This document shows positions 21,642 through 33,924 of a stretch of 64,000 nt of DNA, one piece after another. The notes below the pieces were generated by a model, which saw only the letters and a program-made list of their open reading frames with translations, ran no database searches and was not told the DNA's origin. Position 1 is the stretch's first letter; the number at the start of each line of letters is the position of its first letter. This DNA comes from a virus. Location: positions 32,001 through 96,000 of IMG/VR virus record IMGVR_UViG_3300035698_006717. One strand, 5' to 3'. The translations under genes and the position numbers were made by a program.

Positions 21642-21974
21642 ATGGCTGACAAGAAAACTAAGAAGACTGTTGCAAAAGCTAAGACGACTGAAGAAGCACC
21701 GCTTGAAGTTAAAAATGAGAAGAAGCTGGAAGGCTTGACGAATGCTACTGTGGCTACTGGTGTTATTTCCTTTAAAGATGGTTCGGGTTCGGCGGATCTT
21801 CTCTCTCTGATTGTAAAGCACGGCTTCATCCGTGAGAAGGTTATTGAAGCTGGTGAGAAGCTGAAGCTGGCTGGTAAGGCTTTTGCTAAGTCTGACGTTA
21901 CTGCTAAGTATAACAAGGTTGCTGGGATCATAAAGAATCTCCAGAACGCTGGTTTTAAACTTCCTACTGCGTAG
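21642..21974 (+). CDS. basic Lys/Ala-rich protein, possibly DNA-binding
   Basis: AAGGAG RBS; followed by two hairpins (21973-22045). Confidence 0.7.
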   Translation: MADKKTKKTVAKAKTTEEAPLEVKNEKKLEGLTNATVATGVISFKDGSGSADLLSLIVKHGFIREKVIEAGEKLKLAGKAFAKSDVTAKYNKVAGIIKNLQNAGFKLPTA

Positions 21975-22072
21975 CACTCTGGTCTTTTCCTTTCTTCCAG
22001 AGTGCCTGAGAGGGCAGAGCGTTGGGGTACGTTCTGTCCCTCTCTTCACATTTAACTAAGGAGCATGTTATA

Positions 22073-23948
22073 ATGCTATCGCATATCAAACGAAATTTTC
22101 AAGAGATTAAGGGGCTGATAACTCCTGATGATGTTAGTGGTGTAATTTCAGTATCAACTGATAATAATCGCAAAGCGTGTGAGATTGTTGATAAACTTCT
22201 CAAGCATGAAGCTGAAAAAGTCTACCAAGAAGTTAAGATTGATTGTTCAAGTTGCAATTTGGTATTAAATGGAGAACTAATAGTTGATCATGATTCAGAT
22301 GGAAATTTTGGAATAAATTTCTGCCCAGTTTGTGGAATGGAACTGAATCATGAGGTTGATAGTATTGTTGAGGTAACACTTCATGTTAGTGTCACTCACA
22401 AGAAAAATGATGATCCTGAAGACCTTGTTGGAGATTTTGACTTTGATGCAACTTCTCAGCGTAATATGAATATTGATATTAGTGATATAGATATTCAAGA
22501 TACCAAACTTATAAGTACAGGGAATTGATTATGAGCAAATTAGAAAAACTATCTGAAGCCTATGGGATGACTATAGAAGAGATGCTAAAGCAGTCTGTAA
22601 TGGATGGCTGTTCCCCTGCAATATGTATGAAGGAAGGATGTGATTACACTACTGATATGGAACCTGATCAAGAACGCGGGTACTGTGATGAGTGCGGAGC
22701 TAATTCTATGAAGTCTGTCTGCATCATAGTGGGGATAATATAACATGTATTCAATAGTAAGATATTACTTTGATGATGAACACCCAGACAGCAAAAAGGT
22801 TATCAAGACAGGACTAACTTTAGGAGAAGCTCAAGCCCATTGTAATCGAGAGGATACTCATGAGGATGGTGTTTGGTTTGATGGCTATGTGAAAGACTGA
22901 AAGGAACATTATGGATATCAATAAAAGAGAAATTGAAGATATTAGGAAGATGGTAGATGCTGTTGAGGGATTCTCTAGGATGGTCAATAATATGGGCTTC
23001 TCAGAGAAAGAGTGTGCAGAGCGCGTTGCCAAGGAATTTGTAAGAAATCACAGAACTCTTCAGCAGAGTATGGTAAAATTCATAACTCAAGTTATTATTG
23101 AGATCCATACTATTACAAAGGCTAGTCCTATTATGTTTGAGGATCTGAGGAATAAGGCTGCTATGGACTGGATTCACGATACTGCTGAAGATACTGTAAG
23201 TGCAGACCGTTACCCATTCCCTTTTGTTTGAAAGGAATTGAAAATGAATATTAGTACCCAAATTGATGCAGAAGCTATTATGATTGAAGCTATCAACGCA
23301 GCAAATGCTGCTGGAGAAGATAAGCTGAGACAGCTTATGGGAGAAGGCCCGCAATTTGATGTAAGGAATGGCGAACGTGTAGTTGGCCATATGTTAGATG
23401 TGTGCGGTGGAGCTTGGGTGAAGATACAAGATGGCAGAAGCCCTCTAATCAGCGCTCTGAAGAAGATTGGTGTTAAGGATGGTAGTGGTAGCTATAAGGC
23501 TCAGGACTATTCTTGGTGGATTAGCAAGGCACATGGAACTGGGTATAACCTCAATATCAGAACTCAAATTAATCGTCAGGAAATGTCAGTTAATGTTGCT
23601 ATTGCTAACGCTGTAGTAACTGTACTTGCTATTCACGGATTTTCTTCTGGCGTTCACTCTTACGTTGATTAGGAGAAGGTTATGGAAAATGTTGCATCTA
23701 ATGAGAGTGGGTGGTATGTTAATACCGAAGAGATGAAAATACTTTGGTGTTATAAGCGTGATGCTATTCCTAATGGAGCGGTTGTTCACAAGGTATGGTT
23801 TGATACGGCAAAAGAGTTCCGTCTATACCTACACTACCGTATGGATGAGACTGCAAGAACACTTGGTCTACTTATTAGTGATATGAAGGATATGGAAAAG
23901 AAATATGCTGAAAAAGCTGAAATTAAAAGTGAAGTGCAGGTCGGTTGA
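22073..23948 (+). other. small hypothetical ORFs (approx. 22073-22528, 22531-22743, 22745-22900, 22911-23231, 23238-23672, 23682-23948)
   Basis: Tightly packed, most with an AGGA/GGAG-type RBS. Confidence 0.6.
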
Positions 23949-24504
23949 CTGCCCAGCTTTTGAAGATTGTGAGCAGTTACCTACCATAGTAACTACCCAT
24001 ACGGGCAAGGTTGAGAAGCTGAGGTTTCTATTTGTTGGGGTATCCTCTGAAGAGGCTGCTTCACTACAGAAAGTTATCTCAGCAGTCACAGCTAAACTTG
24101 GAGCTGTCTTTAACTATGCGGTAACATATATGGTGCGTGATGATGTTCCTTTGAGATTCTATCTTGATAAGGAAAGCAAATGCTGCTATAAATATCTGTA
24201 TAGAGATATTGCATATTTGAAGCCTAATGTGATAGTTGCTCTAGGAATTGGCCCAAATAATTTACTCAATAAATTTGCTGGTGGAACTGAGTCTGGTTTC
24301 CCTGCAAGTAGTTTTCATGGTTCCCTATGGCCAAGCAATATAGGTGGATACCCAAATGAGATACCTATGCTGTATACTTACAATACTAGTTCTGGCAAGT
24401 TAAAGTCAATTGCCAAAGATTTGATTAAGGTATATGGTTACTTGAAAGAATTCAAATGTAATCTAGACATCATAAAGATTTCAAAAATGGAGAATGAAAG
24501 ATGA
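23905..24504 (+). CDS. second UDG-family-4-like protein, degenerate
   Basis: N-terminal Cys cluster, FLFVG, KPNVIVALG; YTYNTS in place of the TYHPS motif. Confidence 0.5.
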   Translation: MLKKLKLKVKCRSVDCPAFEDCEQLPTIVTTHTGKVEKLRFLFVGVSSEEAASLQKVISAVTAKLGAVFNYAVTYMVRDDVPLRFYLDKESKCCYKYLYRDIAYLKPNVIVALGIGPNNLLNKFAGGTESGFPASSFHGSLWPSNIGGYPNEIPMLYTYNTSSGKLKSIAKDLIKVYGYLKEFKCNLDIIKISKMENER

Positions 24505-24604
24505 ATGATTACAATACCAAAGATAGGAAACTTGTATATATCAGCTGTGTAACATTTTGCGCAATAATTATTGTTTTGAGTTTAGCCCTGATATGGGAGG
24601 CGTT

Positions 24605-25090
24605 GTGAGGATTTCAGAATTAGCTATGTGTTTGAAGGAACTAGAGATAATCAAGTGGCGCCTGATTAACGGAGATTTTATTGAGTGGGATGAGATGTTG
24701 TCTGGTAAAAGGAATTGGCTGAGCGAGAAGGATAGACCACCACAGTATTACCTTGTTAATGAATTCCCGTTCAATTCTGCTTTCTGTTACATGTTCAGAG
24801 ACTATCAGATTATAGATAGGAAGATTGTTAGATCTGGCAAGCCTTACAATACATTTAACTGTCTCTGCCCTCTGTGGCCAAAAGGTAAGAACTGCCATGA
24901 TATTCACAAGCCTCAAAAATTCGTTATTGACCAGATTGAATCAATACCAATAGAGACTATTATGAAAATAATCAAGAAGATACCTCTACATAGGGAACAG
25001 CTGAAACTGAAGCACCTATCTAGTATTTGGAACTTTCATTTAAAGGATAAGGTAGTTGGAAGTAGCAACTCTTTGGGTAACGATCTCTAA
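24605..25090 (+). CDS. hypothetical protein (IIKW...Cys cluster), loosely similar to part of 31544-32536
   Basis: GGGAGG RBS before GTG 24605. Confidence 0.55.
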   Translation: MRISELAMCLKELEIIKWRLINGDFIEWDEMLSGKRNWLSEKDRPPQYYLVNEFPFNSAFCYMFRDYQIIDRKIVRSGKPYNTFNCLCPLWPKGKNCHDIHKPQKFVIDQIESIPIETIMKIIKKIPLHREQLKLKHLSSIWNFHLKDKVVGSSNSLGNDL

Positions 25091-25183
25091 GCCCCGTAGA
25101 GAGCTTGCAGCTATTATACCCTACTAGGATACCTCTAGACTATTTCAAGCGGTTTAAGGACTATTACAAGGAGCTTAAATAAG

Positions 25184-26221
25184 ATGAGAAAGGTAGATAC
25201 GAAAGGGAGCGGTGAAAGATTGTGGAGTAAATTTGGGTTTGAATTTACTTTTGTACACAAGGCTCCATACTTTAATTGTAATGAAATTTCTTGTTCTAAA
25301 TGCCCAGAGCGGCACAACGATGAGATATGCGGTAGTGTTCCTACTTCTACTTGCTATTATGATCAAATAGCTCCTTTCAGAAGAAAACTTCACATAGATA
25401 AATTCTTTCACAGTACTAAAGTAAGTAATGATCAGTCTATTGAATTGAATACTCCACCTTTCAATTCCATAGATGATATCCATGAGTATTATTGCAAATT
25501 ATCAAGTTTTATACAGCGTATGCCTTTTGTAGCTAAGTCAGATACTAGGTATGGAGGTGGCGGTCATATCCATGTAGAAATACCCAAGAGGATGATACAT
25601 GATGAACTGTACAAGTTTAAGTTCTTTGTCAACTTGTTTTCTGATGTGAGTAATAGACCATATTTGAATTGGATGTTTAATGAATATGGTGATAACATAT
25701 CTGCTGAGCCGTATTTGCTTAATGATGATTTGTGTGATAGTTGGAGTGATGATGTTGGTATGCATCTGATGAAATGTAAAGGTTTTGACTTTTGGAAGCC
25801 TGTTGGCGGTTATTGTATTACCAATAGCTGTGATTTTGGAAGACTAGAAGATTGTGATTGGGGAACAAAAGGAACCGCTATCAGCTATTCACCTGCACAG
25901 TATGAAAAACCAGATACAATTGAGTTTAGGATATTTGACGCACAAGCTACTTGGGAAGAGCTACTGAGTCATGTATTATTTGTGAACAGATATCTACAGT
26001 ATATAGATCAAATAACCAGAAAAAATGTCAGGATACCAGTTACAGTTAGGACTAGAAAACAAGTACTTGGGAAATCAGTAGCCAATAAGTGTGTTGGTGA
26101 ATTCTATAAGTTCATCTCAGTTCTTGGGCTGCCAAGTTCCCTATACAGATACTGTGAGCAGAACTACTTGGATAGAAAAGCTATTGGGTGCTTGTTACCA
26201 GAATGGGTAGATGAATTATAA
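25184..26221 (+). CDS. putative amidoligase (COOH-NH2 ligase fold)
   Basis: EFTF, IELNTPP, GGGHIHV and TIEFRIF motifs. Confidence 0.7.
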   Translation: MRKVDTKGSGERLWSKFGFEFTFVHKAPYFNCNEISCSKCPERHNDEICGSVPTSTCYYDQIAPFRRKLHIDKFFHSTKVSNDQSIELNTPPFNSIDDIHEYYCKLSSFIQRMPFVAKSDTRYGGGGHIHVEIPKRMIHDELYKFKFFVNLFSDVSNRPYLNWMFNEYGDNISAEPYLLNDDLCDSWSDDVGMHLMKCKGFDFWKPVGGYCITNSCDFGRLEDCDWGTKGTAISYSPAQYEKPDTIEFRIFDAQATWEELLSHVLFVNRYLQYIDQITRKNVRIPVTVRTRKQVLGKSVANKCVGEFYKFISVLGLPSSLYRYCEQNYLDRKAIGCLLPEWVDEL

Positions 26222-26222
26222 T

Positions 26223-26258
26223 AAAATCATAACTCTTCAGCTAATTCAGATATATACT
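26223..26258 (+). promoter_or_regulatory. conserved phage promoter P4
   Basis: AAAATCA-TAACTC-TTCAG...17bp...TATACT. Confidence 0.8.
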
Positions 26259-28136
26259 ACTTCTATACCCTTAAAGAGAGGAGCCTACTATGGCTTGGAA
26301 TCCTAGTAAGAAGAAGTGGGAAAGAGATCCAGAACTTCCTGCCCGTAATACCCTTAAGTGGATAGGGCTTACGAGTGAAGAGAAATATGACGTTAATCTT
26401 CAGTTGGGTCATAGCTGGGGATTCCAGAACGTAATACGTGACGTAGAGAACGCCCCGAATGTTGCTATTGAGAAATACTGTGGAGCCTTTCGTATGGGAT
26501 TTGGGAAGAAGATAACTATTGATCCTGTTATCCGTAACGCTCTAAGAAAAGAGTTGATGAAGCGTTGCCGTGAAGGAATCTATATCTTTGCCTCTCGTAA
26601 TGAGAAAAGAAAGCTGAGACCTGTAGCTCGTATGCATGATGGAGCACCGACTGGTAAACTCGTTAAAGAATCTGCCTGATGGCAACAGGGGGGATTGGGT
26701 GCTTATTGAAGCATCGGAATCCCCCCGTATTATTTGAAGGAGGGTTAATGCTATTCTGGTATTTTTGCGCGGCTCGCAACTCTGAACCTTGTTATACTGA
26801 ATTAGATTCAGATGATGATCTAGATTTCAATTACAGAACTGGTGGTGATGGATTCTTTACTGTTGATATTTATGTGGGATATTGAAAGGATAGTGCTGTG
26901 AAGATTCAAGATCTAGAGAACGGAATGGTATCCATGACTAGGGTTAGCCCTATTGATGGGAAAGAGAATACCATGATTATTGTATTGGATATGATCAGCT
27001 TTATGGCCTCGCATGCTATATGGGTAGGAGGTACGGATGTGCAAGGTGCTTTCCCTACCCTATCTGCAGATGAGCGTGAATTCATACGTATTGGCATCAC
27101 ACCTGATCAGTCTAAGGAGATGTATGAAGATGAAGAAGTTTAAAGTTAATGGAGAATGCTTTTGCGAGGGAGGGACTTATGAGGCTCGTTCTCCTATGGA
27201 GGCTATGTACAAGCATCTCAAAGATGAGAAGAATATAAGTTTGGAGTGTTTCATGGAACCTATATTTAGTGGTAATGTAAAATTAACCACTATAATAGAT
27301 GGAATAACTGTTTGCGGCGGTTATGAGATAAGGGAGATGAAGTAATGAAAATAGTATCTCCCAAAACAAAAGTAGAATACATAGTAAGATGGCAGAAATT
27401 CGGATGGGTAGGATCTGCTATCAATGTGTATGTTAAGAAGAAGCTATTTAGTAAGATACCTTACAAGAAGCGTGTATGGCAGATATTTGGAGAAACTTTC
27501 TATGATATGGAAAGGATGTTCCCTGACAAGCTAACAGAACTATTCCATAAAGCCATGAATGAATATGAAGAGTATGTAGAGGCTTGGAATAATTCATTAA
27601 ACAAAGGAGATTGAATGCTGACACCAAAAGACTATCTGACCGCTCTTGATGTTCAAGATGCTTGTAATCTTTCAGGCGTTGTCCTCTCATTTATGGGAGC
27701 TTTGGACAAGATTAGAGAGGAAGTGAAGGATACAGATAAGATCAATAAGCATCCTATATGCGTTCTATATTCTGACAAGATTGCTCACCTAACAGGAACT
27801 CAATCTTATGCTGTTACTGCTGTAAGTGAAGCATATCAGGCCTGTCACGATAGGAGTCCTGAATGAAAGGATACAAAGTATTTGACTATGTACTACCTGT
27901 TTGGTCAATCTGTCCTCTAGTAAATGCTGATACATCTTCAACTACTGATGAGGATGATAAGAAGCTTGATAAGTTTCAGGAATGCCTTAATGTCAATATG
28001 GAAACTCTGGAGGCCAAATCTTGGACAATAGATTGGCCAGATTCTGTTGATTCTGCCAAGTACTTTTCTACATATAATGAAGTTGATGGCTATCTTGGAG
28101 CAGACGTTGTTGGTGTAAAGATCTACTTTTTCTATT

Positions 28137-28197
28137 AAAGTCATAACTCGTCAGCTCATTCAAAGGTATATTCTCTTTATACCCGAACCGATAGGAG
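28137..28197 (+). promoter_or_regulatory. conserved phage promoter P5 plus leader
   Basis: TAACTC-17bp-TATATT, then TATACCCGAACCGATAGGAG. Confidence 0.8.
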
Positions 28198-29328
28198 TCT
28201 GATATGACTGATGGAGAGAAGAAGATTGTTGAGGATTTCGTTCACCATGATATTAGAGATGAGCCTCATGTAATGACAACTATCGGAGATGTGTTTGATG
28301 ATGTTAATGTATTTATGAAGAATATTACTGATATTCATAGAGAAGAGAATCGGTTGCTGAAACTTTTGAGAAGCGGAGGGATAGGTGCTTGAATTTTCTG
28401 ATGGAATGAGTATTGATACTTCTGGTGATCTGAGAGTAATCTATAAGTCTGATGGATACTATGTTGTAGGTAATGGAATGATGTGCCCTGTGGATAGTCC
28501 TGAAGAAGGCAAAAGTCTGATGGAAGGGATGTCAAAAGATGGGTCAGCCACTAGGTAATGGAGGGTTTATACTTGATAAGCCTCCTGAGATTAACGCCTT
28601 CCGTTTGTTGGCGTTGAAGGGAAGACTAAAGCTTGAAGTGAATACTGGCCTGAAGTTTAGTTCTCGTGGCCCAGCAACTGGTAATATGGTAAGGAAGGAA
28701 ATTGGTTCAACTACTCGTAGTAAGGCAAAGCTGTTGGCTGAATTTGAGACATACTTGAGACAACTAGGTGTATTGAATGATGGGAAGGAGTAACCTATGA
28801 AGTTTATGCTCATACTGATATCTGTTCTATTATTTACCATTAATTCATATTCCGCTGAAATTGAAACATTTGTAACCTTGAGTAATAATCCTGATGCTGG
28901 TTGCGTGTTGATTACCTATTTGGATTATAGGCTATCTGAGGATGAGCCAAATACATATTCTTTGGTAAAGCTGTATGCTGAAGGGTGGAGGTTGGTTCAA
29001 GTAATCAGCATACCATCTTATAGAAGCAACTTATATGTTTACTACATGGAAAGGATCGGAAAGTGATTTATTATGCAATCCGTACAAAGTACTCTTCAGG
29101 AGTCAAAGGCTCCAGATGTATGGCTAGAGAGGCTGATGGTAGATCAGTATATATACCTTGGGGGTATGAAGTTAATTGTGACAAGAATCATCAGAATGCT
29201 GTGAGGAAACTTTGTGAGAAGTTAGGATTGTATGGTAAGCTTGCGTCAGGGTCTTTTAAGGGAGAGTTTGTTCACGTCTTTGTAGAAAGATATTACCAAT
29301 CTAAGTGTATTGAATTTGTTAACTAAAG

Positions 29329-29387
29329 AAAGTCATTACTCGTCAGGTGTTTCAGGTATATCTTACCCTTATACCCGAACCGAGGAG
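29329..29387 (+). promoter_or_regulatory. conserved phage promoter P6 plus leader
   Basis: TTACTC-17bp-TATCTT, then TATACCCGAACCGAGGAG. Confidence 0.8.
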
Positions 29388-30785
29388 AGCTGATTATGGA
29401 ACTGCCGAAGAATGTTTGCGCATCGCTGGCTGATAAGAAGCTAATAGTTGATGAGACTAAGAAACTTCTTGCTTATGCGCATGTTGCTGATGATAACCTT
29501 ACTTGGCGCTTCCTAGCGGAGATGTTGGAGAATTCCTGCCGAGCTAATGCTGTTATTCAACTAGATTATTCCGAAGATGGTAGAGAAGGAAATAAGACTT
29601 GGTATATTATAGAAGGGATGGGGATGGGTGAGAAGTTCCTCTATATTGACTGTTCTAAGGCTGATACTCCTAATTGGGAATATTCTTGGAGTGCTATCTA
29701 TGATTTGAGAGATGAGAACTGATTATGATCTCAAATTGGAAGTGGAATTTAGTAATGAGATGTATGGGTACGTGGATGGATTGGTATAGAATAGGGTATG
29801 GTGAATGGTTGGGGGGAGAGCTGGTTACTCTTCCCCCGTTTTTACATGAAAGTATTTATCATGGATGTTATGACTGCTCCCTTGGAAGAACTACAAGCGT
29901 ATGTTGACTTCTTACATGAGGAGTGGGTAGATGATCTATTCTATTCAATATATGATGTAGTTGCTGAAGAACGCAACCGTGTTGAATCTATCATAGAGTT
30001 GAGATCTAACCCCTGAAAGGATTTATCATGGAATTCAGAGGATTAACCAAACAGATGATCATCCCTATCGCTAGGCGGGAGGCTAATTTGTGTAACGCTT
30101 GGTGGATACTAAGAAACGCTCAGAAAGCTAATAATCCTGAAATTACTGCTCAAATGAAAGCTATGGCTAAAGACTTCATAGCTAGAAAGGACACGTGAAT
30201 GGCTCTGTCAAAGATGGATAAGAAGGTACTTGCTGATATGTATAATTCTCTAAGAGCAACTATAATGGCTTGCGCTTCAGAAAGTATTGCTTGTGTCAGG
30301 TAAGCTGATGCTTGTGATAGTGTTGTACATGATAACATTAAGATATGGATGGACAAAGATGACTAAAATTCAGATAGTCCCAAGAATAGGTGATATTGTT
30401 ATAGTCAATTACAAATATATGGTAGCTGATCAAGAGTCTAGTCAGTTTGTTGATTATATATTCAAGCACGTTGCTTTTGCTGGCGCTATTTCTTCATGGA
30501 GGTACTGCTCTACTAAGCCAAGCCTAAGTAGTGTTGTTGTTACATTTGGTACTGTTCAATTTAATTTCTCCGTCATCGAGCTTATTTGGACAGGACTCAA
30601 TATAGGATCTGAAAATCCTCATTATGTTGAAGTAAACTACCTATAATCTTCAAACTCCTAGGAAGCCCGTAGAGCTTAGACAAGATCTAACCCTATCCTA
30701 GTACGCCTAAACCCCTTTCAAGACCGTAGCGAGCCGCCTAGGAGCTTGTAATAGGCTTGTAGGTATAGAACCGAACCCGTAAAAG

Positions 30786-30846
30786 AAAGACATTACTATT
30801 CAGTCAGTTCAGATATACCTTATACCTATACCCGAACCGATAGGAG
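30786..30846 (+). promoter_or_regulatory. conserved phage promoter P7 plus leader
   Basis: TTACTA-17bp-TACCTT, then TATACCCGAACCGATAGGAG. Confidence 0.78.
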
Positions 30847-32926
30847 ATGAAAGATGGCTAGGATTTTTTGGGACGCCATAGTAGGTGAAGTATTCTTACC
30901 CTTGTGGTATCGGATATTTTGTAGAACAGTTTGTAAGATTTTTAGTCACAAACCTATGCGTAGCTTCCCTCCTGATTCAAATAGTAGTAATTGTATTGAT
31001 ACCTATTGTGAACGATGTGGCAAGTATTTGAACTAACCCCTAGGAGAAGATGAAATGAATAAGCAGGAAGTGAAAGATAAGCTGTTGTACTTTGTTCGTC
31101 AGTACGGAAGACGTATTTCCTTGCCAGGTATATATAGTGATGCCTCTGGTATAGGTTCTTTGAGGACTGAAGGTTGTTCTTGTTGTGCTACTTCCTTTAG
31201 GTATTCAAAACACGATTGTGATGAAAATGACGCTGCAGATGAAATAATTCAATCCTTTACCATGGATGAACAAATAGAAATTGTTAAGGAGAGCTTGAAA
31301 GCAACTATCAAAGAGTACGGCCTTACCCCTTCTGACTTGGAGTAATACCCTAATAACCCTTGAAAGGTGTTAAAATGATTAGATACACTATAAAGCAAGT
31401 AGTTATGTAGCTGTAACAAACCTTATTTATGAACAGCTACGGTGTACACCAGCTGATCTAACAAAAATTCAAAAGAAATTGCTTATAGCTTGTAATAACA
31501 TGCTAGAACTACTCAGAACAATAAAAAAGGAGGTAGAATCAAAATGAGCAAAAATGATAATGAAGAGTGGACAACAGAAAAAGCTCTCAAGGCTTTTGCT
31601 AGCCATAGGTTTAGAGGCATTAATGTAAAAACAAAAGAAAGTATGAGGAGCATTTTGGATAAACTCAATCTAACAAAAGATCAATTGAAGAAACTCAACC
31701 TACTAGAAAAATCAATTCTCAAATGGGAGCAAAATCAACTTATAGCTTCAGAGATGTCAACATTCACAGATCCAGAGAACTACCCACTCCTAAAGGGACA
31801 ATTCATTATAGAAGCAGATACTTGCCCTCTATGCGTAGAATACAATATTGGCTTAACAAATAATAAGATATGCTTAGAGTGCCCTATCTATCAGATGAAC
31901 AGTAACCATAGAGTGTGTAGAGGTACACCTTATATGACGGTAAGCAGATTCATGCTATCTCCAATTCCCAATTGGGAAGGTGTACATTCCGCTTCAAAAG
32001 CAGAGGTAGTCTTTCTTAATCGAGTTAAGAAAGAACTCATACTATCCTATGAATCACCTCCCCACGTAAGGAATAGCAAGAATACCCCTATTACGTTATA
32101 TAACAGTAATTGCGTACCAGTGTTGTCCTTAGATTGTGATGAAGAGAATGAATCTATGGTAGAAGTAAGAGATGTTAAGGATGGTATGATAATAGGTGAG
32201 TTAGAGGTTGATATGTGTTCTACTGAATACTTAGATTGCATAGACAATATACTACCCTCAGACTCAGAGTTTGCACAGATTAAGGATTGGGACAAAGCAA
32301 TTGAGAAGGAAAAGAAGCAATTATTGACTTTCTCTCTAATAGCCCCAAACCTTTGGACTGACACCGATACTGAAAGGTTCTCTATCTATGCTTTTGAGAA
32401 GACTAATGGTAAGACAGGAGTCAAGTATATGGCTTATAATATATTTGATAATGAAGAGCAGAAGGTGATAGGTAAGGACTCTAAGTTGTATACATTTACT
32501 GCTGCTGCTGAGTATGTTAATAACAAGAAGTGGTAGATGTACTACTATCTTGCTACTATGTGGTATACTAGGGAGTAGTGAACATCACTTAGGCATTTTG
32601 ACTACTGTGTGGTATGATACTATTATACTATTATGTGATTTATGATTGATTTAATACATGCTTATGCCACATCATGATCAGTCATGATCAAAGCATGCTT
32701 TCCACCGCATATTCACGCCATTCATGATATCTACCTGATATATTCAGACTAATCAAAATTTCAGCTTCATGATATCTACAGTGTTATTTGCAAATAATCA
32801 TTAAAATCACATCATTGAGAAAATTCATTGGTTAGTCATAGTCATTGAATAGCAAAAATCATTGAAGATGTACATTCAGTGATTAGCAAAAGTCAATGAC
32901 CTTGCCAACTCAAGGATTATCTTTCT

Positions 32927-32962
32927 AAAGTCATAATATATCAAGACTGAATAGTATACCTT
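32927..32962 (+). promoter_or_regulatory. conserved phage promoter P8 (divergent copy)
   Basis: AAAGTCA-TAATAT-17bp-TACCTT. Confidence 0.6.
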
Positions 32963-33007
32963 TCTAATAGGCGGGAATCCCCTAACCCCTACCCTAGGAG
33001 GAAGAAA

Positions 33008-33370
33008 ATGAACCATCTGTTGTTAGAAAAAGCTATTAAGGATTTGGCGGTAAAGCCTCTAGGTAAGTTCTCTGAAACTGAGGAAATGTTTAAGCGCTCC
33101 GGCTCTATAGGAGCTATTGCACTTGCACCCTACCTAAAAGGGGATAATGAATACTATGCTGACGAGGGAGACGAAGGCTTCTTGATGGAATGGGTTGAAA
33201 TGTTTGATAAGCTAGAACCTCTAGCGGGTGCGGTTGAATTTACGGATACTGTTTCTGGTTGTGACGTAAATGTTAAGTGTTTCTTTGGAACTATACTTGT
33301 TAAGTGGATAAATGAGGTAGGGGGAGTTTCCCTATCTGTTTTTGATATAGAAGCGTATATGGTTTTGTAG
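33008..33370 (+). CDS. acidic hypothetical protein, paralog of 34005-34361
   Basis: Shared LG.FS...MF, P.LKGD.EY, AG.V.F.DT.SGC.V.VKCF.G.ILV.W.N. Confidence 0.8.
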   Translation: MNHLLLEKAIKDLAVKPLGKFSETEEMFKRSGSIGAIALAPYLKGDNEYYADEGDEGFLMEWVEMFDKLEPLAGAVEFTDTVSGCDVNVKCFFGTILVKWINEVGGVSLSVFDIEAYMVL

Positions 33371-33376
33371 AAAAAG

Positions 33377-33438
33377 AAAGACATTACTCGTCAGCTAGTT
33401 CGGGTATACCTTACCTCTATACCCGTAACCGTAGGAGG
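33377..33438 (+). promoter_or_regulatory. conserved phage promoter P9 plus leader
   Basis: TTACTC-GTCAG...17bp...TACCTT, then TATACCCGTAACCGTAGGAGG. Confidence 0.8.
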
Positions 33439-33444
33439 AAGAAG

Positions 33445-33780
33445 ATGAAAGGTTCTACTGTTTATGAAAGCCTAGAAGATCTAGTGAAGGTACTAGGTGA
33501 TAGTAAAGATTGCAAATACTTGTTAGAAGATATAAAGGAACGGCTTGAAAAGGCTTTGGGAGAAAGAAAACCTTATAGCGTATCTTGGGTAAGTACTGAA
33601 ACTGATTATGCTACTGCTACCGCTATGAGCTTGTTAGTCGATAGCAGAGAGGGTGATACTTGGGTAAGCGAAGAAGGTGAAGAATTCTATAAGCTGATTA
33701 ATGCGGTTGATGAAACTCTAATCGTTATAGAGATGAATATTCCTGGTATGAGTGATTACCTTCTAGTGACGTATATTTAA
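33445..33780 (+). CDS. acidic hypothetical protein
   Basis: AGGAGG RBS; own promoter and a downstream hairpin (33794-33809). Confidence 0.75.
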   Translation: MKGSTVYESLEDLVKVLGDSKDCKYLLEDIKERLEKALGERKPYSVSWVSTETDYATATAMSLLVDSREGDTWVSEEGEEFYKLINAVDETLIVIEMNIPGMSDYLLVTYI

Positions 33781-33875
33781 AGGAGATCTGATCAGGGGGC
33801 TTGCCCCCTTTCCCATTAACCAGCAAAAGTCAATGACCTGAGGAAAATTCAATGGCACAAATTCAACCCAGAAAT

Positions 33876-33924
33876 TCAATGATCAAAACTCAATGATCAA
33901 AACTCAATCGTCAAAACTCAATGA
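33876..33924. repeat. 14-bp tandem repeat TCAATGATCAAAAC (3.5 copies)
   Basis: Copies at 33876, 33890, 33904 (variant) and 33918 (partial). Confidence 0.85.

Larger units (their letters stand above)
26290..32536 (+). other. array of ~20 small early-type hypothetical genes (e.g. 26290-26679, 26898-27143, 27345-27614, 27615-27866, 27863-28138, 28204-28392, 28539-28793, 28797-29066 with signal-peptide-like N-terminus, 29063-29326, 29396-29722, 30854-31036, 31055-31345, 31544-32536)
   Basis: Short co-oriented ORFs with strong RBSs, grouped behind repeated promoters. Confidence 0.65.

Noticed and set aside
26679-26885. 68-aa ORF as listed
   Set aside because: Its 5' half is a GC hairpin (GGGGGGATT...AATCCCCCC) that looks like the upstream gene's terminator; any real ORF starts later
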